A DNA stretch of 64,000 bases from an uncultured Candidatus Bathyarchaeia archaeon (GCA_964399485.1 CAYNQS010000010.1:392-64391), one strand, 5' to 3'; counted from the stretch's first letter, positions 37,656 to 48,186 are shown. The notes: a model not told the origin generated them from the letters alone. Numbers and translations: made by a program.

Positions 37656-38102
37656 TTGCCCCATAAAGATAGGAAAGTTAGAAAACAGCGTGGATCCAGA
37701 ACCCATGGATACGGTCAGGTAGGACAACATAGAAGTGGGGGAGGAGGACGGGGAGGGCATGGAAAAGCAGGATACGACAAGCACAAATGGTCATACGTGC
37801 TAAGATATGACCCCACATACTGGAAAAAGAAGGGCTTCGTGTCCACCAGAACCCTCGGAAAAGAGGTCAGCATCATCAACGTGGGAAAATTGGATGACCT
37901 TGTTGACAAACTGGATTCCGAGAAAAAGCTGGAGAGAAAAGAGAAAAAGATTTTCTTGGATTTGGAAAGCCTTGGCTACGACAAGCTTTTGGGAACTGGC
38001 GAAATAAGCAAGCCTCTGCTCGTTAAGGTCGCGTCATATTCAGAGGCTGCCTCTAGGAAATTGGAAGAGGCAGGCGGAGAAATCCTCAAAGAAAAAGAGT
38101 AA
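37656..38102 (+). CDS. rpl15: 50S ribosomal protein L15
   Basis: RGSRTHGYG, GGRGGHG, GYDKLLGTG, KLEEAGG. Confidence 0.96.
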   Translation: MPHKDRKVRKQRGSRTHGYGQVGQHRSGGGGRGGHGKAGYDKHKWSYVLRYDPTYWKKKGFVSTRTLGKEVSIINVGKLDDLVDKLDSEKKLERKEKKIFLDLESLGYDKLLGTGEISKPLLVKVASYSEAASRKLEEAGGEILKEKE

Positions 38103-38216
38103 ACGCCGATGTTGTTCTCCGTTTACTTGACCAAGTGTTTATATTTGCGTTCAACATACGCAACTTAACCAATCAACTTATAAAATCTTAAAATTAAAAG
38201 TGAAGGCGAAAAGATC

Positions 38217-39653
38217 ATGGCTGGCAGATTTCTTTCACTGTTCGGACCGCTATCTAGGTTCCTGCCTGAAGTAAGCTCACCAACTCGAAAAGTGAGCTTC
38301 AACGAGAAGCTTTTCTGGACAGCCATGGCACTAATAATCTATCTGGTTATGAGCGAGATATCCCTCTTCAACATCGGAGGTGAAGGATGGCAATACGAAA
38401 GCCTCAGAATCATTTTTGCCTCAAACAGAGGAACCCTCACAGAGCTTGGAATAGGTCCCATAGTAACTGGAGGTCTTATTCTGCAGTTGCTTATCGGCGC
38501 CAGCATCGTAACTGCTGATTTAAGCAACTCCGAAGATCGGGCTCTCTTCACCACAGCCGCAAAGGTCTTTTCCATAGTTCTCACCGGAGTTCAGGCTTCT
38601 GCCTACATCATAAGCGGAATGTATGGTGCTCTGGACCCTATTACAACCGTAATAGTTTTCGCCCAACTTCTATGTGCTGGTGTAGTGCTGATACTCTTGG
38701 ACGAGATGTTACAGAAAGGTTGGGGAATCGGAAGCGGAATCAGCCTCTTCATCTTGGCTGGGGTAGCGCAACGCATTATGTGGTCCAGCTTCTCTCCATG
38801 GGGGCCTATGAGTGACGGAAAGCATCAGGGAGCATTTATCGCCCTTGCTGAAACAATTATTAACGGCGAATCTTTGGCGAACGCCTTTTTCAGATACGGC
38901 ACATCAGAAGAAGGCACTCGCTTTCTTACGAATGAGCCCACTCTGCTGGGTTTCATAACCACAGTCATTGTCTTCATCATAGTAATCTACATGGAGGGAG
39001 TCAGAGTTGAACTTCCCATCTCCCACGCCAACTACCGAGGATTCAGAGGCAAATACCCCATCAAACTTCTCTACGTCTCAAACCTGCCTGTAATCTTCGC
39101 CTCCGCCCTCTTCGCCAATGTCTACGTCTTCGCCCAGCTCCTGACGAGCCATTTTGGAGGAGACAACTTCTGGGTCAACCTTTTAGGCACCTTCGGAGGG
39201 GAGGATGGAACAACCCTAACCGGAGGTCTTGCATATTATGTAACTGCCCCCAACGGTTTTGCAGATGTTGTAGCCGATCCGGTGAGAGCCTTAGTTTTCG
39301 TGGGCGTCATGGTTACCTTTGCCGTGATCTTTTCGCTAACATGGCTAGAAGTGGGAGGCTTAGGACCCAGCACTGTTGCACAACAGCTTGTTGACTCGGG
39401 CATGCAGATTCCAGGGTTCCGCAGATCAGGCAAATCCATAGAAATAATTCTTAAACGTTACATTCCGGTGGTTACAGTCCTTGGGGGCGCGATAATTGGG
39501 TTGATTGCCTCTGTTGCAGGATTCTTCGGGGTGTTCGGAACAGGTATGGGTGTCCTGCTTGCAGTAGGTATCTTATATCAGTATTATCAACTGCTTGTGC
39601 AGGAGCAGGTTGCCGAGATGTATCCAGCCTTGGGTCGGGTATTAGGAGGATAA
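38217..39653 (+). CDS. secY: Preprotein translocase SecY
   Basis: GTLTELGIGPIVT, KGWGIGSGISLFI, YPIKLLYVSNLP, MQIPGFR. Confidence 0.97.
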   Translation: MAGRFLSLFGPLSRFLPEVSSPTRKVSFNEKLFWTAMALIIYLVMSEISLFNIGGEGWQYESLRIIFASNRGTLTELGIGPIVTGGLILQLLIGASIVTADLSNSEDRALFTTAAKVFSIVLTGVQASAYIISGMYGALDPITTVIVFAQLLCAGVVLILLDEMLQKGWGIGSGISLFILAGVAQRIMWSSFSPWGPMSDGKHQGAFIALAETIINGESLANAFFRYGTSEEGTRFLTNEPTLLGFITTVIVFIIVIYMEGVRVELPISHANYRGFRGKYPIKLLYVSNLPVIFASALFANVYVFAQLLTSHFGGDNFWVNLLGTFGGEDGTTLTGGLAYYVTAPNGFADVVADPVRALVFVGVMVTFAVIFSLTWLEVGGLGPSTVAQQLVDSGMQIPGFRRSGKSIEIILKRYIPVVTVLGGAIIGLIASVAGFFGVFGTGMGVLLAVGILYQYYQLLVQEQVAEMYPALGRVLGG

Positions 39654-39742
39654 ACTTTGAGTAGAACCATCAACATCGCAGGAAATGCTGAGACTGGAAA
39701 ACATTTTCATACCAAAGAAACTAAAGCCTATGGGAGGAGTAA

Positions 39743-40270
39743 ATGATGAGTTCCATATTGGCGCAACCCCCCTATGTGACAATAATTGTTCTCTTTGTTT
39801 CCTTAGCCATGTCCTTCATATCCTCATTAATTAACATCAAGTTCATGCCTAAGGAGCACCGCGAAAAAGTCAAGAAGTTGCAACGCAAAATCTCTGCTTT
39901 AACTAAAGAGAAAAACGAAAATATGAAGAAGGCGAAGAGCGAAGGAGACAAAAAACTACTTAAGAAGGCTCAGAAGCAAGAAAGACAGCTTCTTCAACTT
40001 CAATCTCAAGCCCTCTCCTTATCCTCTAAACAGATGAGAGTATTCCCAATTACTATGGCAATTTTTTTCATCGTTTGGCTTTTGCTAACTGGAAGTATTC
40101 TCGGATTCAAAATGTTTGAGAGTCCATTCATTGGTCCCGACCCTGTAGCATACCTTCCATGGTTGAATGGCGTATTACCGCTAAACCTGTTCTCATGGTA
40201 TTTCATATGCTCCATTCTATTCTCAACCCTATTCTCTCGTATCTTCGGCTTGACGGGAGGAACCGATTAG
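39743..40270 (+). CDS. DUF106 / EMC3-TMCO1 (Oxa1 superfamily) membrane protein
   Basis: TM, coiled coil, TMs with WYFICS; conserved position after secY. Confidence 0.85.
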   Translation: MMSSILAQPPYVTIIVLFVSLAMSFISSLINIKFMPKEHREKVKKLQRKISALTKEKNENMKKAKSEGDKKLLKKAQKQERQLLQLQSQALSLSSKQMRVFPITMAIFFIVWLLLTGSILGFKMFESPFIGPDPVAYLPWLNGVLPLNLFSWYFICSILFSTLFSRIFGLTGGTD

Positions 40271-40332
40271 ATGCTAGGACCTTCTAGGCGAGCCTGAAAC
40301 AAATCTTTACTTGAAATGGCGGCTGTCAGACT

Positions 40333-40932
40333 TTGAAAAACCGTGGTAGAAAAGAAAAGAAAAAGGTTGTAATATGTGTTAGCGGAATGACGGGTTCTGG
40401 AAAAAGCACAGTGGCAAAAAGACTAGCCGCCAAATATGGACTTGATTACTTTTCTGGCGGAAACGCTTTGAAAACCCTAGCCCAAGAAGAGGGATACAAT
40501 CCTGATGTAACTGGGTGGTGGGAAACCGCTGAGGGACTGAAGTTTCTTCAACAGAGAATGGAAAACCCTGCCTTCGACAAGAGAATTGATAAAAAGTTGC
40601 TGGAGCTGGCGGAGCAAGGCAACGTTGTTCTTGACAGCTGGACCATGCCTTGGCTGTTAAAGGAGGGATTCAAGGTGTGGCTGGAGGCTTCGCCTCAGGT
40701 TAGAGCCAAACGGGTGATGACCCGAGACTCCATCAGCATTGAAGAGGCGGTGAAAGCTCTAACCAAAAAAGATGAGCAAACTAGGCAATTATACAAGAAC
40801 CTCTACGGGTTCGATTTAGGAAACGACCTTTCACCCTTCAATCTTGTTCTCGCCACAGACGAGCTGAATCCCGACGAAGTCTTCCACGCCGTAAGCTTAG
40901 TTACTGACCGCCTGTTTTTCGGAAAAACCTAG
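40333..40932 (+). CDS. cmk: Cytidylate kinase
   Basis: SGMTGSGKST, DKRID, KVWLEAS..VRA.R, LYGFD. Confidence 0.88.
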   Translation: MKNRGRKEKKKVVICVSGMTGSGKSTVAKRLAAKYGLDYFSGGNALKTLAQEEGYNPDVTGWWETAEGLKFLQQRMENPAFDKRIDKKLLELAEQGNVVLDSWTMPWLLKEGFKVWLEASPQVRAKRVMTRDSISIEEAVKALTKKDEQTRQLYKNLYGFDLGNDLSPFNLVLATDELNPDEVFHAVSLVTDRLFFGKT

Positions 40933-40936
40933 GTTT

Positions 40937-41740
40937 TCACAAACAGCAATTCTTCTCTGCTTTTTCTGTTACAATAATTTTTACAATTTTTTCGAAGTTA
41001 TCTCTTGTACGTTCCCGCTTGTAACTTCGTAACCTCTGTATCAGTTGTTTTTCGTCAACTTTCCCCAGCTTCTGGTTCACTTTCTCTGCGATCTGGCTTC
41101 TCAACAAAAGGTACTGGCAGACTGAAGTGACATTCGAAACTCTCCGGTTTATGCTGGCTGTCTCAAAATCCATCAGGTAAGGGCGGTCATCAGCGTTGAC
41201 GAAGATGTGTTTCGGCGCGTTACTCAGTTCTCCATGGTCTAACCCAGCCTCATCAAGCCTGTAGCACTGCTTCAAAACATCTTTTAAAACCAAGCGAACA
41301 CGCGACTGCCCCTCTCTTTCTCCCAGAGACTCGATCCATTCTGGAAAGTGGCTTCCCTCAATTAACTCCATGAGCAGAAAGTTTTCGCTGATTTCCAGCA
41401 GTTTTGGTCCAACATTTATGGCATTAGCTCTTTTCAGCATCTCCCCTTCGTGGAACATTCCCTTCCTGTCAGCGTCAACTCTGCGAATCTTCAAAGCTGC
41501 CCTCCCCGAATGGGTGTAGGCTACAACAACGATGCCCACGCAGCCTTTCCCCAGAACCGGCACATCAAAAACGCTCTTCTCTCCTGTGAACTCCAGAGCT
41601 TTCACTCCAAGCCTCTCCAGCTCCTTGAGGCGTCTCTCCAATTCTTCCTGTTCGCATCTTGGGTAGCATAGAATTTTGCTGTGTTTCATTTCCCGGAGCA
41701 CTTTCAGGGAGACCACTTCACCCGACTTCACTCTTCTCAC
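40937..41740 (-). CDS. RIO-like Ser/Thr protein kinase (COG2112-like)
   Basis: LGKGCVGIV, ALKIRR, HGELS, MDFETAS. Confidence 0.85.
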   Translation of the reverse strand: MRRVKSGEVVSLKVLREMKHSKILCYPRCEQEELERRLKELERLGVKALEFTGEKSVFDVPVLGKGCVGIVVVAYTHSGRAALKIRRVDADRKGMFHEGEMLKRANAINVGPKLLEISENFLLMELIEGSHFPEWIESLGEREGQSRVRLVLKDVLKQCYRLDEAGLDHGELSNAPKHIFVNADDRPYLMDFETASINRRVSNVTSVCQYLLLRSQIAEKVNQKLGKVDEKQLIQRLRSYKRERTRDNFEKIVKIIVTEKAEKNCCL

Positions 41741-41795
41741 CTCAAAATACTGGTTTCCTGAGAACAGTTATTAAATATGGCAATTCATCATCTGA

Positions 41796-42611
41796 ATGAT
41801 GGCGGGTTCCATGTCTATAATATCTTTGCTCTCCGATTTCGGCAATAAGGACCCTTACGTGGCGGAGATGAAAGCCGTAATTCTCTCCATCAACCCCCAA
41901 GCCCGCATAGTGGACATAACTCATGAAATTGAAAAGTTCGACATCCGCATGGGCGCCTATGTCCTCGCTTCGGTAGCCCCCTACTTTCCCCCAAACACAG
42001 TTCATGTGGCGGTTGTGGATCCTGGCGTCGGAACAAAAAGGCGCCCCATAATCGCAGAAACCAGCCGCAGCCTCTATGTTGGACCCGACAACGGACTCCT
42101 CATGCTGGCTGCCCACAAAGAACACATAACAAGCGTTTACACGATAGACAACCCAAAATACATGCTATCAGACGTATCAAAAACGTTTCACGGAAGAGAC
42201 ATCTTCGCCCCAGCAGCCGCACATCTAATGCGAGGAAATAAGCCCTCCGATTTTGGGTTAGCAATACAAGACTACCTCCTCCCCGAATTCGCGAAACCAC
42301 ACCAGAGAAATGGAGAACTGCGGGGAGAGATTCTTCACATAGACGATTTTGGCAACATCGTCAGCAACATTACACTAGAAGACCTTGAGAAAATGGGACT
42401 TAGAGGAAATTCTCTTCTTGTTAGGCTTGGCAACAAAACCTTGAGCATGCGGTTCTGTTCAGCCTACGGCGAAGTTCCAGCTGGCACTCCCTTGGCATTA
42501 ATCGGTAGCAGCAAGTTTCTTGAAGTAGCCGTTAATCAGAGAAGTGCCTCAGGAATTTTCAAGGCAAAGGTTGGAGAAGCATTTCATGTCTCTGGAGAAG
42601 TCTCCAGTTAA
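41796..42611 (+). CDS. SAM hydroxide adenosyltransferase / chlorinase-fluorinase family (DUF62)
   Basis: LLSDFG, VVDPGVGT.R, GPDNGL, TFHGRDIFAP, IDDFGN. Confidence 0.93.
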   Translation: MMAGSMSIISLLSDFGNKDPYVAEMKAVILSINPQARIVDITHEIEKFDIRMGAYVLASVAPYFPPNTVHVAVVDPGVGTKRRPIIAETSRSLYVGPDNGLLMLAAHKEHITSVYTIDNPKYMLSDVSKTFHGRDIFAPAAAHLMRGNKPSDFGLAIQDYLLPEFAKPHQRNGELRGEILHIDDFGNIVSNITLEDLEKMGLRGNSLLVRLGNKTLSMRFCSAYGEVPAGTPLALIGSSKFLEVAVNQRSASGIFKAKVGEAFHVSGEVSS

Positions 42612-42624
42612 CCTAACTTTTTCG

Positions 42625-43212
42625 TCAATAGTCTTCTATCCAGAACATGTCTCTGCGGGATTTTGCCAAGGCGTAGCCGATTATCAATCCAGCTGCGAGT
42701 CCGCCGAAGTGGGCGACTATGTTGACGCCTGCGCCTGTGCTCAGTATTAGAAGCAGAAATGCGTATAACAGTGCTCCCATGATGGATTGACCGAACGTTT
42801 TTCGCATGTATATGATGCTTGCGCCGTACATTCCGAATATTGCCCCTGAGGCTCCAGCGGAAACCGTGTTTGGCGCCATTAAAAAGAGCGTCAGCAGGCT
42901 GCCTGAGAGTCCTGAGAACATGTAAACAAAAAAGTATTCTTCTGTGGTGAAGAGTTCTTCGGCTCTTAAACCGAATATGATCAGGAACAGCATGTTCAGT
43001 GCAATGTGACTTATGTCCACGTGAACGAAGATTGATGTTAACAGCTGCCAGTAACTGCCACTCAATACGTTGCTGTTAGCTTGCCCAAACTGAAGGAGGA
43101 CACTATATTCTGTTTGGATGAAATTTCCGCCCACCACCGAAGTGTAAATGTAAACCAGTATGTTCACGGCTACCAGAAACGTTGTTGGCGTCAGCGTAGA
43201 CCGTCTTTTCAT
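42625..43212 (-). CDS. Rhomboid intramembrane serine protease
   Basis: WQLLTSIFVH..HI..NM, GASGAIFG, AHFGG; start taken at ATG 43212. Confidence 0.93.
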   Translation of the reverse strand: MKRRSTLTPTTFLVAVNILVYIYTSVVGGNFIQTEYSVLLQFGQANSNVLSGSYWQLLTSIFVHVDISHIALNMLFLIIFGLRAEELFTTEEYFFVYMFSGLSGSLLTLFLMAPNTVSAGASGAIFGMYGASIIYMRKTFGQSIMGALLYAFLLLILSTGAGVNIVAHFGGLAAGLIIGYALAKSRRDMFWIEDY

Positions 43213-43321
43213 TCCTGAACCATCCTCAAAAGCAAACACCCCGCCGTATATATGCATACCTTGGCTTTGCCTCATTGTTTCTGGTTGACCGTAAGGTAAA
43301 TGTTGATGGGCTTCTATATGT

Positions 43322-44122
43322 GTGGTCATGATAGTTGATGTTTTTCTTCCGTCAGTTCTGTTTCTGGTCGGATTGACCGTGGTCTTTCTTTACTCTAGAT
43401 TAGACCGGAAAGTTAGTCAGCTCTTCGGCGGGCAGGAACTCCGCCTAGAGCACATAATCTTGTTGGTGGCAGCCATGGGCGCAATGGTGACGGTGTTAGT
43501 GTTTATTCCAGAACAGTCTATGCTGGTTCTCTTCTCCTTTGCTTATGTTGTGGCTCTGTTCCTTTTCACTTACCTGTTGGCGCCCAAATGGTATCTGGCA
43601 GTGGTGCCGCCTGTCCTGTTTATCTTGTCGTTTCTCTATTTCTGGAACATTTACCTCTTCAACTTCTTCGCCATAATATTCGCTATTAGCGTCTCAGTTT
43701 ACATGGGAAGCCTATTCACGTGGAAAACAACGATAGGCTTCGTCTCCTTACTGACCATCATCGACATCATCCAAGTGTTGGTCACACGATTTACAGTGGC
43801 TTCGGCGCAAAAGGCTCTTGAACTAGGATTGCCGGTGGGCGTTCTGCTGCCAACAATCCCATTCACTAACAGTTACACGTTTCTGGGCTTGGGAGACATC
43901 TTCTTTCTGGGGCTGCTCGGCATCCAAAGCACACGAAAATATGGCAAAAAGTTTGGGTTCGCATCCATAGCAACAATGGCATTCGTCTTCTTTCTGTTTC
44001 AAACATTTCTGCTAAACTCGGTTATACAAAATTTTCCAGCAACCGTTTTTGTTATCAGCGGCTGGCTAACCGCTCTAGCCGCAAGATACCTCTATAACCT
44101 GTTCACTTCTAAAGGGAAGTAA
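43322..44122 (+). CDS. Presenilin/signal peptide peptidase-like GxGD protease
   Basis: TIIDII (first Asp), LGLGD, FPATVF (PAL-like). Confidence 0.75.
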   Translation: MVMIVDVFLPSVLFLVGLTVVFLYSRLDRKVSQLFGGQELRLEHIILLVAAMGAMVTVLVFIPEQSMLVLFSFAYVVALFLFTYLLAPKWYLAVVPPVLFILSFLYFWNIYLFNFFAIIFAISVSVYMGSLFTWKTTIGFVSLLTIIDIIQVLVTRFTVASAQKALELGLPVGVLLPTIPFTNSYTFLGLGDIFFLGLLGIQSTRKYGKKFGFASIATMAFVFFLFQTFLLNSVIQNFPATVFVISGWLTALAARYLYNLFTSKGK

Positions 44123-44126
44123 AAGT

Positions 44127-44669
44127 TTAGCCTAATGTGTCAGTTTTGTTTAGTTGCCGAAGCCTCGCGTCACCATCAATCTCTTCTATGAACTTGGCAA
44201 CGCTGCTTGGCACAAGTTCTTTCCAGTTTTCGCCTGATAACATGCGTTTCCGGATTTCTGTAGCCAAGTAAACCTTGCGCTTTATGAAAGGCATCGACTC
44301 GACTCTGAACCCAGCTTCCACGAAGAGCCGATGAGTTAACGGCTCGTTAGCGTAGACAACATCAAATTTTGGGGAGTAACCAACAATCTGGGAGACCCAC
44401 AGTGCGTGTTGGTGGATGTCCGGCACGGGTATAATCCAGATTCTTGACAACTGGATTCCCTCTTCCTGTAGGGCTTTTCGTATCATGGTGATGCGCTCGC
44501 CGGCGGTAAAGGGGTTGTCGAGCCTGTGGCTGTACTGGGAACTGCCCACGATTATGGCAAGCTCATCAACCTCTTTCAAGATTTTCTTTGCGACTTCCAG
44601 ATGTCCTTTATGAAAGGGCTGAAATCTTCCCACAAAGAGCCCGCGCCTCACCATTTTTCTCCTCTCCAC
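44127..44669 (-). CDS. nadM: Nicotinamide-nucleotide adenylyltransferase
   Basis: GRFQPFHKGH, NPFTAGER, ATEIR...WKELVP. Confidence 0.93.
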   Translation of the reverse strand: MERRKMVRRGLFVGRFQPFHKGHLEVAKKILKEVDELAIIVGSSQYSHRLDNPFTAGERITMIRKALQEEGIQLSRIWIIPVPDIHQHALWVSQIVGYSPKFDVVYANEPLTHRLFVEAGFRVESMPFIKRKVYLATEIRKRMLSGENWKELVPSSVAKFIEEIDGDARLRQLNKTDTLG

Positions 44670-44714
44670 CAGAGAACCTACAGTTTCTTGGTGTATATGA
44701 GCTTCTTTAACCTC

Positions 44715-45305
44715 TTAAAAGCTCTCCCTGTTCTGTTTAACCCATTCTACCGGAAACAGAGCCAGTTCTCTGCCCTTCACCTGTAGTCTCTTTGACTCTT
44801 CGTAGCCTCTCTTTTCCCTGTGAAGAATCTCCCACTTAAGCTGCTCTCCACCACCGTAGCCGCCTAAACTCAAATCTGAGCGCACAACCCTGTGGCAGGG
44901 AATCAGCAAATGAACATGATTTGTTGCCTCAACGTTTCCCACAGCCCTTGCGCCTCCCCCTGCAACCTTGGCTATGGCGCCATACGATGTCACGTATCCG
45001 ACAGGAACCAGATGCGTGCAGTTAAGCACCTTTTGTGTGTAGCTGGAAAGATGATTCAGGTTTATCTTGAACGCGTAAGATTCTCTGCCCTTTCCGTTGA
45101 AAATCTCCTCTAGAGCTTCCAGAACATCTGTTAGAAGCTGATTAGGTTCCTCTGCAACTTGAAAGGGAATGCTGTTTGGTAGCCTTCGTAGTAGACGCCT
45201 CAAATCCAGTTCTTCAAAAGAAAAGGTTGTGGCAAGAATTTGGTCATCCTGCACCGCGGCACCATACCAAACTCCATCCATTTTCTTGCTGCAAACATAT
45301 ATCAT
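44715..45305 (-). CDS. ogt: Methylated-DNA--protein-cysteine methyltransferase
   Basis: SYGAIA, ARAVG, IPCHRVV. Confidence 0.92.
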   Translation of the reverse strand: MIYVCSKKMDGVWYGAAVQDDQILATTFSFEELDLRRLLRRLPNSIPFQVAEEPNQLLTDVLEALEEIFNGKGRESYAFKINLNHLSSYTQKVLNCTHLVPVGYVTSYGAIAKVAGGGARAVGNVEATNHVHLLIPCHRVVRSDLSLGGYGGGEQLKWEILHREKRGYEESKRLQVKGRELALFPVEWVKQNRESF

Positions 45306-45343
45306 CTAAGCGCCTCCGTTGTCGTTATCTGCAATTAACATAT

Positions 45344-46237
45344 TTAGAATTTTTTGAGCATACCCCTCTTTCGCACATAAACATCAGTTAAACGAAATAT
45401 AAGCACGCCAAAGAGAATCCAAGCCGCGCCCAGGACTAAGAGATGCAGAAAGACGTTGCCAAAAGCCTCTGCAGTATAATTCTCGATCAGGAAAGTTCGC
45501 ATTCCAATCAAAGCTGGTGCGGTTGGAAAGAGGGCGCTTGCCTGTTGAGCCACGGTGGGAAGCACAATCAACGGATAAGCAACAGGGGAGAGGATCATCA
45601 TGATGCTGTAAAGGGCATCGGAGACCACCCAGCCCTCCTTTAAAATCAAACCTAACGCTGAGATTACTATGCCGAAACCGTAAAGCGCAAGCATCATGAG
45701 GGCAAAAATGCCTAGAGCGGGCAAGATTCCCTCGATCTTTAAGGCTAAACCGAAGGTGAAGTATATGACGATTAGCTGGATGATTGTGCCCAAAGTTTGG
45801 TGAACTGTGCTGTGCAGAGCCATCCCTAACACTTGACCCAAGCGGCTGCTGGGAGTTACATAAATTGCCTCTAAAGTCCCAAACCACCTTTCTCTTCTTA
45901 TGCTGAATCCCATCGCCCAAACGGCTGTTCCAATGAACCCCATCAACATGTAACCAGTAAAGATGAAAGTTATCACATCTCCTGTTCCCACCAGCTGTGC
46001 AAGATTCTCGCTATATCTTCCGCCAACTAAAACAAGGCCATAGAGAAGGAAAGGCAGCAGGAAGACGAGGGGAGAAATCAGTTGGCGAATGAAACTTACT
46101 GGATAAGCAAACCCGATCTTCCAATCTTTAACGTTGGATTCCCAGGCAGCTCTCAGTTCAGCCTTTAGGTTGCCCCAATTGAATCCTGTTGGGCAGCTGA
46201 CTTCCCGCAACCCGTATTCTCTATTGCTTTTGTCCAA
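45344..46237 (-). CDS. ABC-2 type permease
   Basis: RRERWFGTLE, YPL..LP, multiple TMs. Confidence 0.88.
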   Translation of the reverse strand: MDKSNREYGLREVSCPTGFNWGNLKAELRAAWESNVKDWKIGFAYPVSFIRQLISPLVFLLPFLLYGLVLVGGRYSENLAQLVGTGDVITFIFTGYMLMGFIGTAVWAMGFSIRRERWFGTLEAIYVTPSSRLGQVLGMALHSTVHQTLGTIIQLIVIYFTFGLALKIEGILPALGIFALMMLALYGFGIVISALGLILKEGWVVSDALYSIMMILSPVAYPLIVLPTVAQQASALFPTAPALIGMRTFLIENYTAEAFGNVFLHLLVLGAAWILFGVLIFRLTDVYVRKRGMLKKF

Positions 46238-46250
46238 TTTGGTTTTCTCC

Positions 46251-47105
46251 TTAGTGGTGGCTTATTGCTCCAGATTTCCTCGTTTTCTCCTCCATCCAGC
46301 TGAACAGAAAGAATCCCGCGAGTAACAAGGCGATGTCAATGATTAAGAGCGCTATAACCTCCAAGTAGACTGTTGAAAAGTCCGTTCCCAGAAGCATAAG
46401 GCTTCTCACAATAATAAGGGCGTAAGTAAGGGGAATGAGCTTGCCGAGGATTTGTGCCCAAGTTGGCAGGCTTTCAACTGGGTAGCGTACTGGAGCAAAA
46501 ATGTAAAAAATGTATCCTATGCTCTCCGAGAGGTCATAGGATTGCTTGTACATCAGAGAGAATGCTGCCATGATGAGGGCCATGCCATACAATCCCAGTA
46601 TCAGCAGAATAACTATGAAAAACACGGGAACCATGACTCCCAACGTTATGCTCATTCCGAAGAGGAGCACGGAGATGGTAAGTTGGCTGGCGGCGAAGAT
46701 TGTGCTGGAGAGGCTTTCGCTTATTGCTTTTCCAATTAGCACATAAGCCTTGTTGCATGGGGCTACGAGCACGTAGTCCAGTGTTCCTTGGTACGCTTCT
46801 TTTCTTATGTTTTCTCCCATGCCGTAGAGCAGAGTGTTCACGTAACTGTTGAGGACGGCGCCTATCACAATGAAAGGAACGTATTCTCCGCTGCCAGTGA
46901 TTTGCGCAAAATTTGCGCTCTCTAAGCCGCCTACAAAGGCTTCCCCCTGAAGAACGAAGGGAATGAACCAGAAGATGGGGAATATAGCCCAGAAAACTAT
47001 GATTGTCGGGTATGCCAGCAGTGTCTTAATGTTTTTCGTAATCTCATTCCAGACAACAAAGAGGTTGCTGCGGAAGACAGACTGTTGATAAGCGCTTTTC
47101 ATCAT
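46251..47105 (-). CDS. ABC-2 type permease
   Basis: EAYQGTLD, YPVESLP, PLTYAL. Confidence 0.88.
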   Translation of the reverse strand: MMKSAYQQSVFRSNLFVVWNEITKNIKTLLAYPTIIVFWAIFPIFWFIPFVLQGEAFVGGLESANFAQITGSGEYVPFIVIGAVLNSYVNTLLYGMGENIRKEAYQGTLDYVLVAPCNKAYVLIGKAISESLSSTIFAASQLTISVLLFGMSITLGVMVPVFFIVILLILGLYGMALIMAAFSLMYKQSYDLSESIGYIFYIFAPVRYPVESLPTWAQILGKLIPLTYALIIVRSLMLLGTDFSTVYLEVIALLIIDIALLLAGFFLFSWMEEKTRKSGAISHH

Positions 47106-47109
47106 CCTG

Positions 47110-48186
47110 TTATGCTCCGCCCTCCGTGAGTTTTGCGCCAGTTAACTTGATGAAGACGTCCTCGAGCGTGGGAACGCCAACGTTTAAGCTGCCGATGCGA
47201 ACGTTCTTCTGCCTGAGCGCATCAATGACTGTTCCCACATGCTCTTCTGCGGTTCCCCCAATTATTTTGATTCTCGAAGGAGTTCCCTCATCCTCATCGC
47301 CGCGTATAAGCTTGACAACTTCTGCATCGGGTAGCAGGGAGCGGATGTGCTTTTCGATGTCTGCTGGTGGACGGTAAACAGCCACTTCCACGAGCTCCTT
47401 CTCTTTCACCATTGCCTTGAGCCTGTTTGGGGTGTCAACTGCGACGATTCTGCCGTCGTTTATGAATGCCACCCTGTCGCACAGTTGGTCAGCTTCATCC
47501 ATGTAGTGGGTGGTCAGAAGAACCGTTTTTCCATGCTTCTCTGAAAGTTCTCTTATTTGCATGCGAATCTGCCTCGCAAAATTTGGGTCTAAACCTAAGG
47601 TAGGCTCATCCAGCAACAGGATCGGTGGGTCATGTAGCAGGGCTCGGGCTATAGCGACTTTTTGCCTCATTCCTGTGCTGTAGTCCTCAAGCCTCTCGTC
47701 AGCTCGGTCAGAGAGTTGCAAAGTTTCTAGCAGTTCTTCAACTCTTTTTTTTGCATGTGCTCTCTGCATCTTGTACAACGAAGCAAAGTACATAAGATTG
47801 TCTCTGGCTGTGAGTTTCCAGTATAATGTTCTCTCCCCACCCACAACCATTCCCAAACTTGCTCGGACCATGGATGTTTCTTTGCGAGTATCGAAACCGT
47901 TTACGATTACAGTGCCTTCGTCTGGAATCAAGATGGTGGATAAGCACTTAATCATTGTAGTTTTTCCAGATCCGTTTGGTCCCAGAAGTCCGAAGAGTTC
48001 TCCAGGGCGGATTTCAAGGTTGACTTTGTCCAAGGCTACTGTGACATCATTTTTTTCTTCATGTTTCTTGTTCGACTGATTTTTTCGAAGAAAACCGAAG
48101 ACGCCCCTATGCTTCTTCTTGGCAAATCTCTTGGTCAGATTGATTGTCTGAATGCTGAAGACTTTGCTTTCTTTGGCGTAAACCAA
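47110..48186 (-). CDS. ABC exporter ATP-binding protein
   Basis: GPNGSGKTT, YSTGMRQK, LDEPTLGLD, TTHYMDEA. Confidence 0.95.
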   Translation of the reverse strand: MVYAKESKVFSIQTINLTKRFAKKKHRGVFGFLRKNQSNKKHEEKNDVTVALDKVNLEIRPGELFGLLGPNGSGKTTMIKCLSTILIPDEGTVIVNGFDTRKETSMVRASLGMVVGGERTLYWKLTARDNLMYFASLYKMQRAHAKKRVEELLETLQLSDRADERLEDYSTGMRQKVAIARALLHDPPILLLDEPTLGLDPNFARQIRMQIRELSEKHGKTVLLTTHYMDEADQLCDRVAFINDGRIVAVDTPNRLKAMVKEKELVEVAVYRPPADIEKHIRSLLPDAEVVKLIRGDEDEGTPSRIKIIGGTAEEHVGTVIDALRQKNVRIGSLNVGVPTLEDVFIKLTGAKLTEGGA

